The notes under the pieces are model-generated. The model was not told the DNA's origin and ran no database searches. It was given only the letters and a program-made list of their open reading frames with translations. This document shows, in pieces, positions 21,209 through 30,508 of a stretch of 48,245 nt of DNA. Origin of the DNA: Candidatus Eiseniibacteriota bacterium (GTDB lineage Bacteria > Eisenbacteria > RBG-16-71-46); the NCBI GenBank assembly GCA_044222065.1, contig JBGAOA010000033.1, positions 1 to 48,245 on the forward strand. The letters run 5' to 3'. The position numbers and the translations under genes were made by a program. Numbering within the stretch: the first letter of the stretch is position 1; the number at the start of each line of letters is the position of its first letter.

Positions 21209-22095
21209 TTCGCGCGGCTCTTCAGCATGTGGCCGATCATGCGGTACGTGAGGCGCGCGGCCAGGAAGTCGCTCGCGACCGAACCGGGGATCGGGGCGAG
21301 TTCGAGCACGTCGAAGCCGACGATGCGGCGCGACTTCGCGACCGCCGCGACGAGGTCCACGGCCTCGTACCAGTCGAGGCCGCCGGGTTCGGGCGTGCCC
21401 GTGCCGGGCAGGATCGAGGGATCGAGCGCGTCCACGTCGAACGTGATGAACACGTCGTCCGTGAGCGTGTCGAGGATCGGCTTCCAGACGCCGCCGAGCG
21501 CGCGGAACTCGCGCACGCTCCACTTGGGCCACGGGCGCGCCTCGAAGCGCTCCGCCTCTTCCTCGCTGACGGAGCGGATGCCGACGCTCGAGGCGGGCAC
21601 GAGTTCGCGCACGCGGCTCATGACGCAGGCGTGGCTGTAGCGCGAGTCGAGGTACTCCTCGCGCATGTCGCCGTGCGCGTCGAACTGCAGCACCGAGAGC
21701 TTCGGGAAGCGCTTCGCCGCCGCCGCGACGCAGCCCGCCGTCAGGCTGTGCTCACCGCCGATCAGCACCGGGCGCTTGCCCTGGTCCCACACCCACCCCA
21801 TCGCGCGCTCGACGCGTCCGGCCATCGCCTCGGGTCCGAGTGCGGTCGGCTCGATCTCGGGCAGCGTGTGGATGCCGGCGCGGTAGGTCGCGCCGAGTTC
21901 CTCGTCGTAGAGCTCCATGTTGCGCGACGCGTCCAGCAGCGCCTTCGGGCCCCAGCGCGTGCCGCCCTGGTAGGTCGTGCTGAAGTCGTAGGGCGCGGGA
22001 ACGATCACGACGCTCGCGCGCTCGAGCGCGGAGAACTCGTCGTCGAGGCCGCCGAAGTTCACCGGCAGGCCGGTCGGCCAGTCGGGAGTCGCCAT
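21205..22095 (-). CDS. speB: Agmatinase
   Basis: GGEHS, FDAHGD, TFDVDALDP, GTGTPEPGG ureohydrolase motifs. Confidence 0.93.
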   Translation of the reverse strand: MATPDWPTGLPVNFGGLDDEFSALERASVVIVPAPYDFSTTYQGGTRWGPKALLDASRNMELYDEELGATYRAGIHTLPEIEPTALGPEAMAGRVERAMGWVWDQGKRPVLIGGEHSLTAGCVAAAAKRFPKLSVLQFDAHGDMREEYLDSRYSHACVMSRVRELVPASSVGIRSVSEEEAERFEARPWPKWSVREFRALGGVWKPILDTLTDDVFITFDVDALDPSILPGTGTPEPGGLDWYEAVDLVAAVAKSRRIVGFDVLELAPIPGSVASDFLAARLTYRMIGHMLKSRAK

Positions 22096-22107
22096 CGCCA
22101 GAACTCC

Positions 22108-22644
22108 TCAGAGACTCGGAAGCCCTGCCCGGCGTCGCGCCGGACAGGGCTCGAGATCGTGGATCGTCGGATCAGCCGTGACGCGCGGCGACGCGGGCGG
22201 TGCTGCGGCCGGCCGGGCGCGAGACGCGCCGGCGGTCCGCACGCACGAGCTGGGCTGGGCGGCGCCGTGGACATCCTTCGGGAATTCCGTTCCGCGATCG
22301 ATCAGCGTCATCTCCACCTTCGCCATCTCGAAGGCTTCCTTGATGTACGCCGAGCCGAACTCGGAGTCGAAGGCCTTGCAGGAGAAGATGTCCACGCTGA
22401 CGAAGTTCTTCTCCGGGAACGTGTGGATGCTGATGTGGCTCTCGGCGATCAGCACGAAGCCCGAAAGCCCCCAGTCTTCCGGCTTCACACCCGAGTACTT
22501 GAAAACATACGGCGGCATGATCTTCGTCATGCCGATCCGTGCCGGCAGTTCGTCCAGGATACGGTAGATCAAGTTGAGATCCTGCAGCTTCGCTTTGTCG
22601 CAACCGTACCCATCCAGCATCAGGTGTGGGCCGAAACCGACCAT
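22108..22644 (-). CDS. speD: Pyruvoyl-dependent decarboxylase proenzyme, SpeD/AdoMetDC family (substrate uncertain)
   Basis: GPHLMLD, GLSGFVLIAESHISIHTFPE (E-S self-cleavage site), DIFSCK. GAGGAGG RBS before MVGFG. The C-terminus may be frameshifted near 22255. Confidence 0.88.
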   Translation of the reverse strand: MVGFGPHLMLDGYGCDKAKLQDLNLIYRILDELPARIGMTKIMPPYVFKYSGVKPEDWGLSGFVLIAESHISIHTFPEKNFVSVDIFSCKAFDSEFGSAYIKEAFEMAKVEMTLIDRGTEFPKDVHGAAQPSSCVRTAGASRARPAAAPPASPRVTADPTIHDLEPCPARRRAGLPSL

Positions 22645-22724
22645 TGGGTCAGCCACCTCCTCTGAGCCAGCGCGATTTGCGCCTGTTCCCGTGACCGATA
22701 CGCATCGGATCGAGCGAGGAGCGT

Positions 22725-22988
22725 TCACCGCTCCTCGTCCTCCTCGTCGCTTTCGAATTCGAAGTCGTCTTCGTCTTCGGAGTAATCGTCGTCGAAGTCG
22801 CCGTCTTCGTCTTCGTCGCCGAAGTCCTCGTCGTCGAACTCGTCGTCGTCGAGGTCCTCGTCGTCGATCAACTCGTCGTCGTCTTCGCCGAGATCTTCTT
22901 CTTCATCTTCGTAGTCGTCGTCGAGCTCTTCGTCGTCGTCCACGACCTTGAACTCTTCGTCGTCCGTCACGCCCTTCTTGCGCTTCAT
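22725..22988 (-). CDS. Small hyper-acidic protein (87 aa, 57 Asp/Glu)
   Basis: GAGGAAGG RBS, then ATG MKRKKG and a long run of GAC/GAA/GAG codons; a near-consensus promoter lies ~120 nt upstream. Confidence 0.8.
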   Translation of the reverse strand: MKRKKGVTDDEEFKVVDDDEELDDDYEDEEEDLGEDDDELIDDEDLDDDEFDDEDFGDEDEDGDFDDDYSEDEDDFEFESDEEDEER

Positions 22989-23107
22989 GCCTTCCTCGGA
23001 GATGGCCGCGGCGCTCGCGCGCTCCCGGGTTCCGGTGATGTCCTGAACGACGTCCTTGGATGCGACTCGTCGTCTCGCGACGCGCCTACTTCCAAAAAGC
23101 AAGCGGC

Positions 23108-23135
23108 AGTATACGGAGCGTCCCCCCCTCGTCAA
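23108..23135 (-). promoter_or_regulatory. sigma70-type promoter for the acidic protein-speD-speB-rlmI unit
   Basis: Minus strand TTGACG (23135-23130), 16 nt spacer, TATACT (23113-23108). Confidence 0.7.
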
Positions 23136-23549
23136 CCCAAAATGCCGCCGCGCGGCGTCGCTCGCCGCCGCGCCGGCCGCGCTCCGGTGCGTGCTCGCCT
23201 CCGAGCGCGCTCCGACGACGTCGCGCGCGTCGCGCTCGACGCTCCCTCGCGCGGCGTCGCGCGCCGCTCCTCGGGAGTTTCGTCGGCGCTCGCGCGCTCG
23301 CGAGCGTTGTCGGCGGAGTTTCCCGCGCGATCACCCCAATTCCGCGCGCGGCGACTCCGGCGGGCGGCGCGCGAGCGAGCGGGCGGCGGCTCCGCGCGCC
23401 GACTCGGCGCGCCGTCACGGCTGAACCTCCGCCGGCGGCTCGGCGCTCCGCCGCGGGCGAGGCGCCGACCGGGCGCCGGCGCGCGGCCGCGCCGCACCGA
23501 AGAGCGGCGGAGGCGGCCGAGGCGCCGCTCGCTCCCGCGGCGGGCAGCG

Positions 23550-23592
23550 AAAACGGACGCTGGCGTTCCGGAACTCCGGAAGCCCGCGTCCG
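23550..23592 (-). terminator. Putative intrinsic terminator after tRNA-Asp
   Basis: Hairpin with CGGACGC/GCGTCCG outer arms and TTCCGG/CCGGAA inner arms, followed by TTTT on the minus strand. Confidence 0.55.
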
Positions 23593-23611
23593 CGCGCGGA
23601 ACCTTAAGAAA

Positions 23612-23688
23612 TGGCGGGGTTGACGGGACTCGAACCCGCGACCTCCTGCGTGACAGGCAGGCGTTCTAACCAACTGAACTACAACCCC
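23612..23688 (-). tRNA. tRNA-Asp (GTC)
   Basis: GGGGTTG/CAACCCC acceptor stem, D arm AGTTCAGTTGGTTAGAAC, anticodon loop CTGTCAC, GGTTCGAGTCC T arm, encoded CCA; 77 nt. Confidence 0.98.
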
Positions 23689-23733
23689 GCAGTGTCGCGC
23701 GCGTGAGCGCGCAGGGCGCGAAAAAGACGGCGC

Positions 23734-23762
23734 AGAATAGCGACGGCCCCGGGTGAAGTCAA
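23734..23762 (-). promoter_or_regulatory. sigma70-type promoter of tRNA-Asp
   Basis: Minus strand TTGACT (23762-23757), 17 nt spacer, TATTCT (23739-23734). Confidence 0.75.
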
Positions 23763-23820
23763 TCGCGCCGCGCGCGCGTTCGACGCGTGCGAAATGCACG
23801 CGCGGCGCCTTCTCGCGCGC

Positions 23821-24746
23821 TCAGCGCGCGCGCTGGATCTCGATCTTCCGGAACTCCACGCCACCCGTCATCGCCTGCAGCAGGATCGGCCCCGGACGGC
23901 CCTCGTCGGCGTCGAGCGCGCCGCCCGTCGGCCCGTCGATGCGCGCGTTCTCGATCACCGTCCGGCCGTCGAGCACGAGCGTCACGTAGCGTCCGAGGAG
24001 CGTCGCCTGGAGCGCGTGCCACTCGCCCGCTCCCGTGACCGCGACTTCCACCGCGACCGGGATCCGCCCGTAGATCGAGCCGTGTCGGCCGTTCGGCGGC
24101 TCGTCCGCCATCCCGCGCGTCAGCTGCACCTCGTAGCGTCCGCGCAGGTACACGCCGCCGTCGCCGAGCGGCGGCAGCCGGTACTCGAGACGGAGCCGGA
24201 AGTCGCGGAACAGCTCGCGCGTGACGAGGTCGGGAGCGCCCGGGCCCGCGACGAGCGCGCCGTTCTCGGCGTGCCAGAACACGAGCCGGTGGCCGTCCCG
24301 GGCCTGCCAGTTCGCGAGGCTCTGTCCGTCGAAGAGCGCGACGGGCTTTCCCCAGCGCGGCCTGGGTCAGCCGGTAGCCCGGCGCTCGGCCGTCCATTTC
24401 GCCGGCTCGCCGGACTCCGTCGTCGTCTCGCCCGCGAAGTAGCGCCCGTTCCAGCGCGCCTTGAACTCGAGCGGCCACGGCGTGCTCTCGAACTGGGGCG
24501 GCACCGAGAACTCGAAGCGGGCGCCGTCGAACGCGTAGTGCTCCACGGGACGCGGGCTGCCGACGCGGCCGAGGAACGTGAGGCGTCGCCGGCGTCCGTG
24601 CGGCGGATCTCGAACCACGAGGGATAGGTACCGCTCGGGCTGCGCACGGTGACGTTCCAGCAGCCCGCGATGCGCTCGATCTGCGCGGCAGTGTCGTCGG
24701 CGGACTCGAGCGCGGGTAGCGCGACAACGGCAAGCACCGGGAACAT
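23821..24746 (-). pseudogene. DUF1080 (3-keto-disaccharide hydrolase family) secreted protein, disrupted by a frameshift and an in-frame stop
   Basis: Stitched translation MFPVLAV..YPSWFEI / FLGRVGSPRP..KWTAERRATG*PRPRWGKPVALFDG..GGVYLRGRYEVQ..GPILLQ..VEFRKI. Frameshift at ~24585, TGA at 24369-24367. May be sequencing error. Confidence 0.75.
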
Positions 24747-24928
24747 GATCCCCCTCCCTGGGCGAGCCTTCGGCGCGCGCAGTCTCGCGCGGAGCGGCGC
24801 TCGGATCAAGGGCGCAGGCCGGTGGATTCGCCTCGGGAGGCGCTTCGGAGCGCGACTCGCGCCGGCGGGCGACTCGCGCCGGCGGGCGCCATCGCGGAGG
24901 GCGGGCCGCGCCGCGCCGCCCTACGGGA

Positions 24929-26289
24929 TCAGTAGAGCGTCTCGAGCTTCGCGCCGGCGTAGTAGTGCCGGACGATCTCCTCGCCGCGCTTCCCGGCCTT
25001 CGCCATGCCAAGCGCTCCCGTCTGACAGAGCCCCGCGCCGTGGCCGTTCCCCGCGCCCGAGGCGACGACGGCGATCGCCCGGCCGCTCGCCGGGTCGCGC
25101 CGCACGCCGAGCTTGAAGAGCGTCGAGCGCAGGATGGACTCGGGGTGCTGCGGGCGCCGCAGCGTCGCGCGCAGGTCGTGCGCGTGCACGATCGCCGAGC
25201 CGCGCGTCCCGACGACGCGCAGCCGCCACACGCGTCCGCTCTTCGAGCGCTCCTCGACCCGCGCGTCCACGAGCGCGCCGAGCCCCGAGTCGGGGATCGA
25301 GCCCGCGCGTGCGGCCGAACGTCTCGACGTTGCGGACGAACTCGCCGGCCGACCAGGTCTCGGTCCAGCGGTAGTGCGGTGAGCCGGCGCAGTAGTCGGC
25401 GGCCGCGTCGCGGTCGCGATGGCTCACGAGGTAGCCGAGCGCGGCCTGCGGCCACGCCTCCCAGACCTCGGCCGTGATGCCGCCGCAGGTCGAGCAGTAG
25501 TTCGCCCGGATCGGACGGCCGTCGGCGAGCGCGATCACGCCGCGCGTACCGCTCACGCAGCGCGTCGCGAGCGGCCGCTCGCTCTCGAGCGGCCCGTAGA
25601 CCTGGTCTTCGACCGTGCCGTAGAGGTCGAAGCCCTCGGCGGCGCGCCGCCCGAGGTAGAAGAGCGTGTAGCTGCGCGCGGCGATCGCCTGCGCCCGCCC
25701 GGCCTCGACGAGCGTCTCGCTCAGCGCCCCGATCTCGCCCGGCACGACGCCGAGCAGGTACGTCTCGAGCGGCAGCTCGCTCGCGAGCGTGAGCCCGCCG
25801 CCGGCCGTCGCGAACACGAGCAGCGTGCCGCGCCAGCTCTTCGCGTTCCACTGGAGCGCCGCGTCGCGCGCGTCGTCGGGCACGATCCGGAGCGTGTCGT
25901 CCGATCGCACGCGGAAGCGCTCGACGCCCCGCGGCGCGAACTCCGCCACGATCTCCTCGCCCACGCGCCGCAGCCTCAGGCCCTCGTCGGCGGCGAGCTG
26001 CGCCGGCGACAGGTCCGCGCCGCTCGCGGCCGAGAACTCGCCGCGGCGAGCGCGGTCGACGATCTCGCGCTGGCCGGTCGCGAGCCCGACGCGCAGCCGC
26101 GGCTCGTGGTCGAGCCGGAACGGCGCGGGGCGGCCGGAGCGGGCTTCGGCGCCGCCGTGGGCCGCGCGGGCGCGGCCGCGGCGCGAGAGCCGCCGTCGTG
26201 GTCGGCGCCGGCACCGGAGCGCAGGAGGCGGCGATCAGGCCGAGCGCGGCGAGCAGCGCCGCGCCGGCGCGCGAGGACGCGGGCGTCAC
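24929..26289 (-). pseudogene. SpoIID/LytB-domain lipoprotein (lytic transglycosylase), split by two frameshifts
   Basis: Signal and lipobox (LIAASC) in one frame. LPLETYLLGVVPGE, AQAIAARSY, DQVYG and YCSTCGG in a second frame. GAGNGHGAGLCQTGA and IVRHYY in the 24929-25270 ORF. Shifts at ~26130-26200 and ~25280-25310. Confidence 0.8.
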
Positions 26290-27461
26290 GAGGAACCTCC
26301 GGGAGTGATCTGGCCGAGCACGACCGCGCGGCGCGCGCCGGTCGCCGCCGGGACGTTGCCCGGCAGACGATCGAGCGTGAGGTGAGCGAGGAAGGCGAAC
26401 GCGAGCGCCTCCTTGGCGTCCGCCGGCACGCCGAGGTCGGCGAGGCGGCGAAGCGGGATTGGCGCGAGGCGGCGAGCGAGCGCCGACATCAGCGTCGCGT
26501 TCCGCACGCCGCCGCCGCTCGCGTACACGGCGTCCACGCCGCCGCGCGGCACGAGGTGGCGGTGGATCGCGTCGGCGGCCGAGGCGGCCGTGAGCTCGGT
26601 CGCGGTCGCGAGCAGGTCCTGGGCCGAGAGTCCGAGGCCTGTGGCGGTGCGCGCGAGAGCGTCCGCGTAGCCCGTGCCGAAGCGCTCGCGCCCGGTCGAG
26701 CGCGGCGGCGGCAGCGCGAAGAACGGATCGGCGAGCAGCTCGGCGAGGAGCGCCGGCGCCGGCGTGCCGCGCGCGGCGCGCTCCCCGCCCTCGTCGCGGC
26801 GCTCGGCGCCGCCGCTCGAACGTTCGACGAGCGCGTCGAGCACGGCGTTCCCGGGCCCGGTGTCGAACGCGACGATCGACTCGAGCGCGACGCCCTTCGG
26901 CAGGTGCGTGACGTTCGCCATGCCGCCGAGGTTCAGGAGCGCGCGCGACTCCGAGGCGGAGCGGAACAGCCACGCATCGGCGATCGGGACGAGCGGCGCG
27001 CCTTCGCCGCCGGCCGCGACGTCGCGCTGGCGGAAGTTCGAGACGACCGCGATGCCCGTGCGCTCGGCGAGGATCGCCGCCGAGCCGACCTGGAGCGTCA
27101 GCGCCTCGCCCCCGCCCGCATCGCGCGGCACGTGGCGCACGGTCTGGCCGTGCGAACCGATCGCCGCGACCGCCGACGGCGGCACGCCCGCGCCCGCGAG
27201 CAGGTCGAGCGTCGTCGCGGCGTAGAGCTCGCCGAGCGCGGCGTCGAGGCGCATCAGGCGCTCGGGCTCGACGAGCCGCGCGCCCGCGACCTCGAGCACC
27301 TCGCGGCGCACCGCGGGCTCGAGCGGCGTCTCGGTGTAGGCGACGAGTTCGTGCGTCGTCTCGAGCCCGCGGCCGCGAAAGCGCACGAGCGCGGCGTCCA
27401 CGGCATCGGCCGACGTGCCGGTCATGAGTCCCACCACGAGCCGTTCGTCGCGCCGCGTCAT
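26286..27461 (-). CDS. anmK: Anhydro-N-acetylmuramic acid kinase
   Basis: GLMTGTSADAVD, GSHGQTVRH, GGEGAPLVP, NLGGMAN, FDTGPGN, KEALAFA. Confidence 0.96.
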   Translation of the reverse strand: MTRRDERLVVGLMTGTSADAVDAALVRFRGRGLETTHELVAYTETPLEPAVRREVLEVAGARLVEPERLMRLDAALGELYAATTLDLLAGAGVPPSAVAAIGSHGQTVRHVPRDAGGGEALTLQVGSAAILAERTGIAVVSNFRQRDVAAGGEGAPLVPIADAWLFRSASESRALLNLGGMANVTHLPKGVALESIVAFDTGPGNAVLDALVERSSGGAERRDEGGERAARGTPAPALLAELLADPFFALPPPRSTGRERFGTGYADALARTATGLGLSAQDLLATATELTAASAADAIHRHLVPRGGVDAVYASGGGVRNATLMSALARRLAPIPLRRLADLGVPADAKEALAFAFLAHLTLDRLPGNVPAATGARRAVVLGQITPGGSS

Positions 27462-27484
27462 CGCGTCCCTCCCCCGGGTTCCGT

Positions 27485-28348
27485 TCACTTCTCGGCTCCG
27501 GCCAGAATGCCCGACAGGATCTGGCGCTGGAAGGCGACGAACACCGCGAGCACCGGCAGCGACGCCACGGTCGAGCCCGCCATGAGCAGGCCCCAGTCCA
27601 CGCTGTGCTCGCCCTGCGCGAGCAGCGCGAGCCCGACGGGCAGCGTGCGCAGCCGGTCGGAATCGATGAACACGAGCGGGAACAGGAACGAATTCCAGTT
27701 CGCGAGGAACGACTGGATGCCGACGACCGCGAGCACGGGCCGCATGAGCGGCAGCGCGACGCGGAAGAACACTTCGAACTCGGAGGCGCCGTCCACGCGC
27801 GCGGCGTCCTCGAGCTCGCCCGGGAGCTGCGAGACGTACTGGCGCACGAGGAACACGCCGAACGCGTCCACCGCGAACGGCAGCACGAGCGCCGCGTAGC
27901 TGTCGAGCAGGTGGAGCCGCGCCATGACCAGGTAGAGCGGCACCATGAGCACCTGCTTCGGAAGCATGAGCGTCGCGACGAGCCCGAGCGACCAGAAGCG
28001 CTCGCCCGGCACGGCGCGACGGCCGAGCACGTAGCCGACCATGGCGCTCGTGAGCACGTTCAGCGCGACGACGGCGGCGGCGACGAGCGCGCTGTTGAAG
28101 AGGTAGCCGCCGACCGCGGCCGAGGCGAAGAGCCGCTCGTAGTTCGCGCCGCTCCACGGTCCCGCGAGCGCGCGCGCGAACGACTCGCCGGCGCCCGGCG
28201 CGACCGAGATCGCGACCATCCACGCGAACGGCAGCAGCATGGTCGCGAGCAGCGGCGCGAGCCACAGCCACCGCAGCGCCGAGCGTCCCCACGGCGGCGG
28301 CGGGGGCCCGGGGCGCGCGTCCTCGCGCGTGTCGAGCGCCGCGCTCAC
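27485..28348 (-). CDS. Carbohydrate ABC transporter permease (MalG-like)
   Basis: EAA loop LEDAARVDGAS, NWNSFLFPL, RTLPVGL. GTG start overlaps the upstream stop. Confidence 0.93.
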   Translation of the reverse strand: MSAALDTREDARPGPPPPPWGRSALRWLWLAPLLATMLLPFAWMVAISVAPGAGESFARALAGPWSGANYERLFASAAVGGYLFNSALVAAAVVALNVLTSAMVGYVLGRRAVPGERFWSLGLVATLMLPKQVLMVPLYLVMARLHLLDSYAALVLPFAVDAFGVFLVRQYVSQLPGELEDAARVDGASEFEVFFRVALPLMRPVLAVVGIQSFLANWNSFLFPLVFIDSDRLRTLPVGLALLAQGEHSVDWGLLMAGSTVASLPVLAVFVAFQRQILSGILAGAEK

Positions 28349-29211
28349 GCGTTCTCCCGCGCGCCGACCGTGCGCATCTGGAGCCACGCGAGCACGAGCG
28401 TGAGCACGAACAGCAGGTAGGCGATCGCGCTCGCGTATCCGAGGTGGAAGCGGTGGAACGCCTGCTCGTAGAGGTAGTAGACGATCGTCGTCGTCTGGCC
28501 GAGCGGGCCGCCGCGCGTCATGACGAACACCTCGGCGAAGATCTGCAGGCTGCGGATCGTGTTCACGACGAGCACGAACAGCAGCGTCGGCCGAAGCAGC
28601 GGCAGCGTGATCGTGCGCAGGCAGTCCCAACCGGTCGCGCCTTCGAGCCGCGCGGCGTCGTACAGCTCGCGCGGGATGGACTCGAGCCCGGCGAGGAAGA
28701 TCAGCATGTAGTAGCCGCTCGCCGACCACACGTCCATCGCCATGATCGCCGGCAGCGCCGTGTGCGGGTCGAGCAGCCACGACGGCCCCGTCACGCCCGC
28801 GAGCGCGAGCAGCCGGTTGAGCGCGCCGTTCGGCGCGTAGAGCCCCTTGAAGACGAGCGACAGCACGACGACCGACACGACGCTCGGCAGGAAGAAGCCG
28901 AGCCGGAACACGGTGCGGCCGCGGAACGCGGGCTGCACGGCGAGCGCGAGCAGCAGCGCGAACGCGGTCGTGAAGGGGATCGTGCCGACGACGAACAGCC
29001 CGGTGTTCCGGAGTGCGGACCAGAACTCGGCGTCGGCGAGAGCGGCCGCGTAGTTGTCGAGCCCGACGAAGCGCGTCGCGCCCGCGCGGATCGGCGAGTA
29101 GTCCGTGAACGAGGCGAAGAACGAGAACGCGAACGGGAACAGCCCGAACAGGCCGAAGCCCGCGAGCCACGGCGAGAACAGCGCCCACGCGCTCGCGCGT
29201 CCGTGCCTCAT
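28345..29211 (-). CDS. Carbohydrate ABC transporter permease (MalF-like)
   Basis: FVGLDNY, LYDAARLEGA, ITLPLLRP, MTRGGP, GYASA. Confidence 0.93.
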   Translation of the reverse strand: MRHGRASAWALFSPWLAGFGLFGLFPFAFSFFASFTDYSPIRAGATRFVGLDNYAAALADAEFWSALRNTGLFVVGTIPFTTAFALLLALAVQPAFRGRTVFRLGFFLPSVVSVVVLSLVFKGLYAPNGALNRLLALAGVTGPSWLLDPHTALPAIMAMDVWSASGYYMLIFLAGLESIPRELYDAARLEGATGWDCLRTITLPLLRPTLLFVLVVNTIRSLQIFAEVFVMTRGGPLGQTTTIVYYLYEQAFHRFHLGYASAIAYLLFVLTLVLAWLQMRTVGARENA

Positions 29212-29260
29212 CGCGGTCCGCGCGCCCCCGCGCCGCGCCGCGCGGCGCGACCGCGATCCG

Positions 29261-30508
29261 TCACCGCTTCTCCAGCAGCGCGGTGATCTTCGCCGCGGCG
29301 TCCTTCACCGCCGCGGCCGCGCTCTTGCGGTCGTAGAGCGCCTGCTCGACCTCGTCCTCGATCGCCTTCTCCATGTCGCCCCACGCCGGGTGGTTCGGCG
29401 TGAAGCGCGCGCTCGCCATCTGCTCGAGCATCGTGCGCTGGTTCGGATCGTCGCGGTAGAACGACGCCGTGTCGGCGCCGAGCGCCGCGGGGTGCACGTC
29501 GAGCGCGGCGCGCGCGAGCGTGAGCGCGTTGTCGGGCCGCACGAGGAAGCGCGCGAGCTTCATCGCCTCCGCGCCGCGCTTCGCCGCGGCGAAGCTCACG
29601 AGCACTTCGCCGCCCGCGAACGAGGCGTGCGTGCCGCGATCGGCCGCGGGCGCGGGCACGAGCGCGACGCCGTAGTCGAGCGCGGGCGCTTCGGCCGGGA
29701 TGCGGCGGAAGAGCCAGCCGCCGCTGATCTGCATGCCGAGCCGGCCCTCGAGGAACTCGCGGTCGAGCGCGTCCTGCGGCGCGAGCATGCCGGACTTGCG
29801 CAGGCCCAGGTAGAACTCGAGCGCCTGGACGTTCTCGGGCGAATCGAACACGCAGCGCGCGAGCGACGAGTCGAGCACGTCGCCGCCGTTGCCCCACGCG
29901 TAAGGCATGAACTTCTTGAACAGCCGGTACTGCTCGTTCGACTGGACGCCGTAGCCGTGCACGCCGCCGCCGAGCTTCTGGATCGCGGCCGCCGCGCGGC
30001 GCACGTCGTCCCAGGTCTCGGGCGCGCGCGTCGTATCGAGGCCGGCGCGCGCGAACAGCGCCTTGTTCCAGAACAGCGCGCGCGTGCCGAGCACCCACGG
30101 GAATCCGTACGTGCGGCCGCCGGACTCGCACAGTTCGAACCCGCGGAGTCCCCCGTGCAGTTCGGACGCCTCGCCGGTCCAGTCCGCGAGCGAGCCCGAG
30201 GCGACGAAGCGCGGCATCCAGGTCGAGCCGAGTTCGCACAGGTCCGGCACGTTCCCGGAGGCGACGGCGGCGGCGATCTTCTCCTGGCCGCTGTCCCACG
30301 TGAGCTGCTCCATGCGGATCTTCACGCCCGGATTCTCCTGCTCGAAGCGGTCGAGCAGCGGCTGGATGCGCTCGGGCGGCGAGAACTGCCAGAACACGAT
30401 CTCCTCGGCGGACTTCTTCGGACCGCACGCACCGAGCGCGAGGCCGGACAGGATCGCGGCAGCGGCGAGGCGGCGCGCGAAGCGCGCCCCCGAAGAGCGG
30501 CGGATCAT
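29261..30508 (-). CDS. Sugar ABC transporter substrate-binding lipoprotein
   Basis: Lipobox LGAC, FEQENPGVKI, PDLCELG, LFWNKALF, PETWDD. ATG overlaps the murQ stop. Confidence 0.92.
   Translation of the reverse strand: MIRRSSGARFARRLAAAAILSGLALGACGPKKSAEEIVFWQFSPPERIQPLLDRFEQENPGVKIRMEQLTWDSGQEKIAAAVASGNVPDLCELGSTWMPRFVASGSLADWTGEASELHGGLRGFELCESGGRTYGFPWVLGTRALFWNKALFARAGLDTTRAPETWDDVRRAAAAIQKLGGGVHGYGVQSNEQYRLFKKFMPYAWGNGGDVLDSSLARCVFDSPENVQALEFYLGLRKSGMLAPQDALDREFLEGRLGMQISGGWLFRRIPAEAPALDYGVALVPAPAADRGTHASFAGGEVLVSFAAAKRGAEAMKLARFLVRPDNALTLARAALDVHPAALGADTASFYRDDPNQRTMLEQMASARFTPNHPAWGDMEKAIEDEVEQALYDRKSAAAAVKDAAAKITALLEKR

Noticed and set aside
22730..22965. TCG/TCT-rich repetitive DNA as a microsatellite or array
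   Set aside because: Fully explained by Asp/Glu codons of the acidic ORF on the minus strand.
23612..23688. tRNA-Asp as an integration site for an island or prophage
   Set aside because: No integrase and no duplicated tRNA 3' end seen in the window; flanking genes are housekeeping.
24367..24369. In-frame TGA in the DUF1080 gene as selenocysteine or programmed readthrough
   Set aside because: It falls in a variable linker rather than a Cys-equivalent site, and the gene has a separate frameshift, so error or decay is simpler.
24852..24885. Direct tandem repeat GCGACTCGCGCCGGCGG x2
   Set aside because: Only two copies with no spacer; not a CRISPR array, and likely slippage or an assembly artefact in the error-prone stretch.
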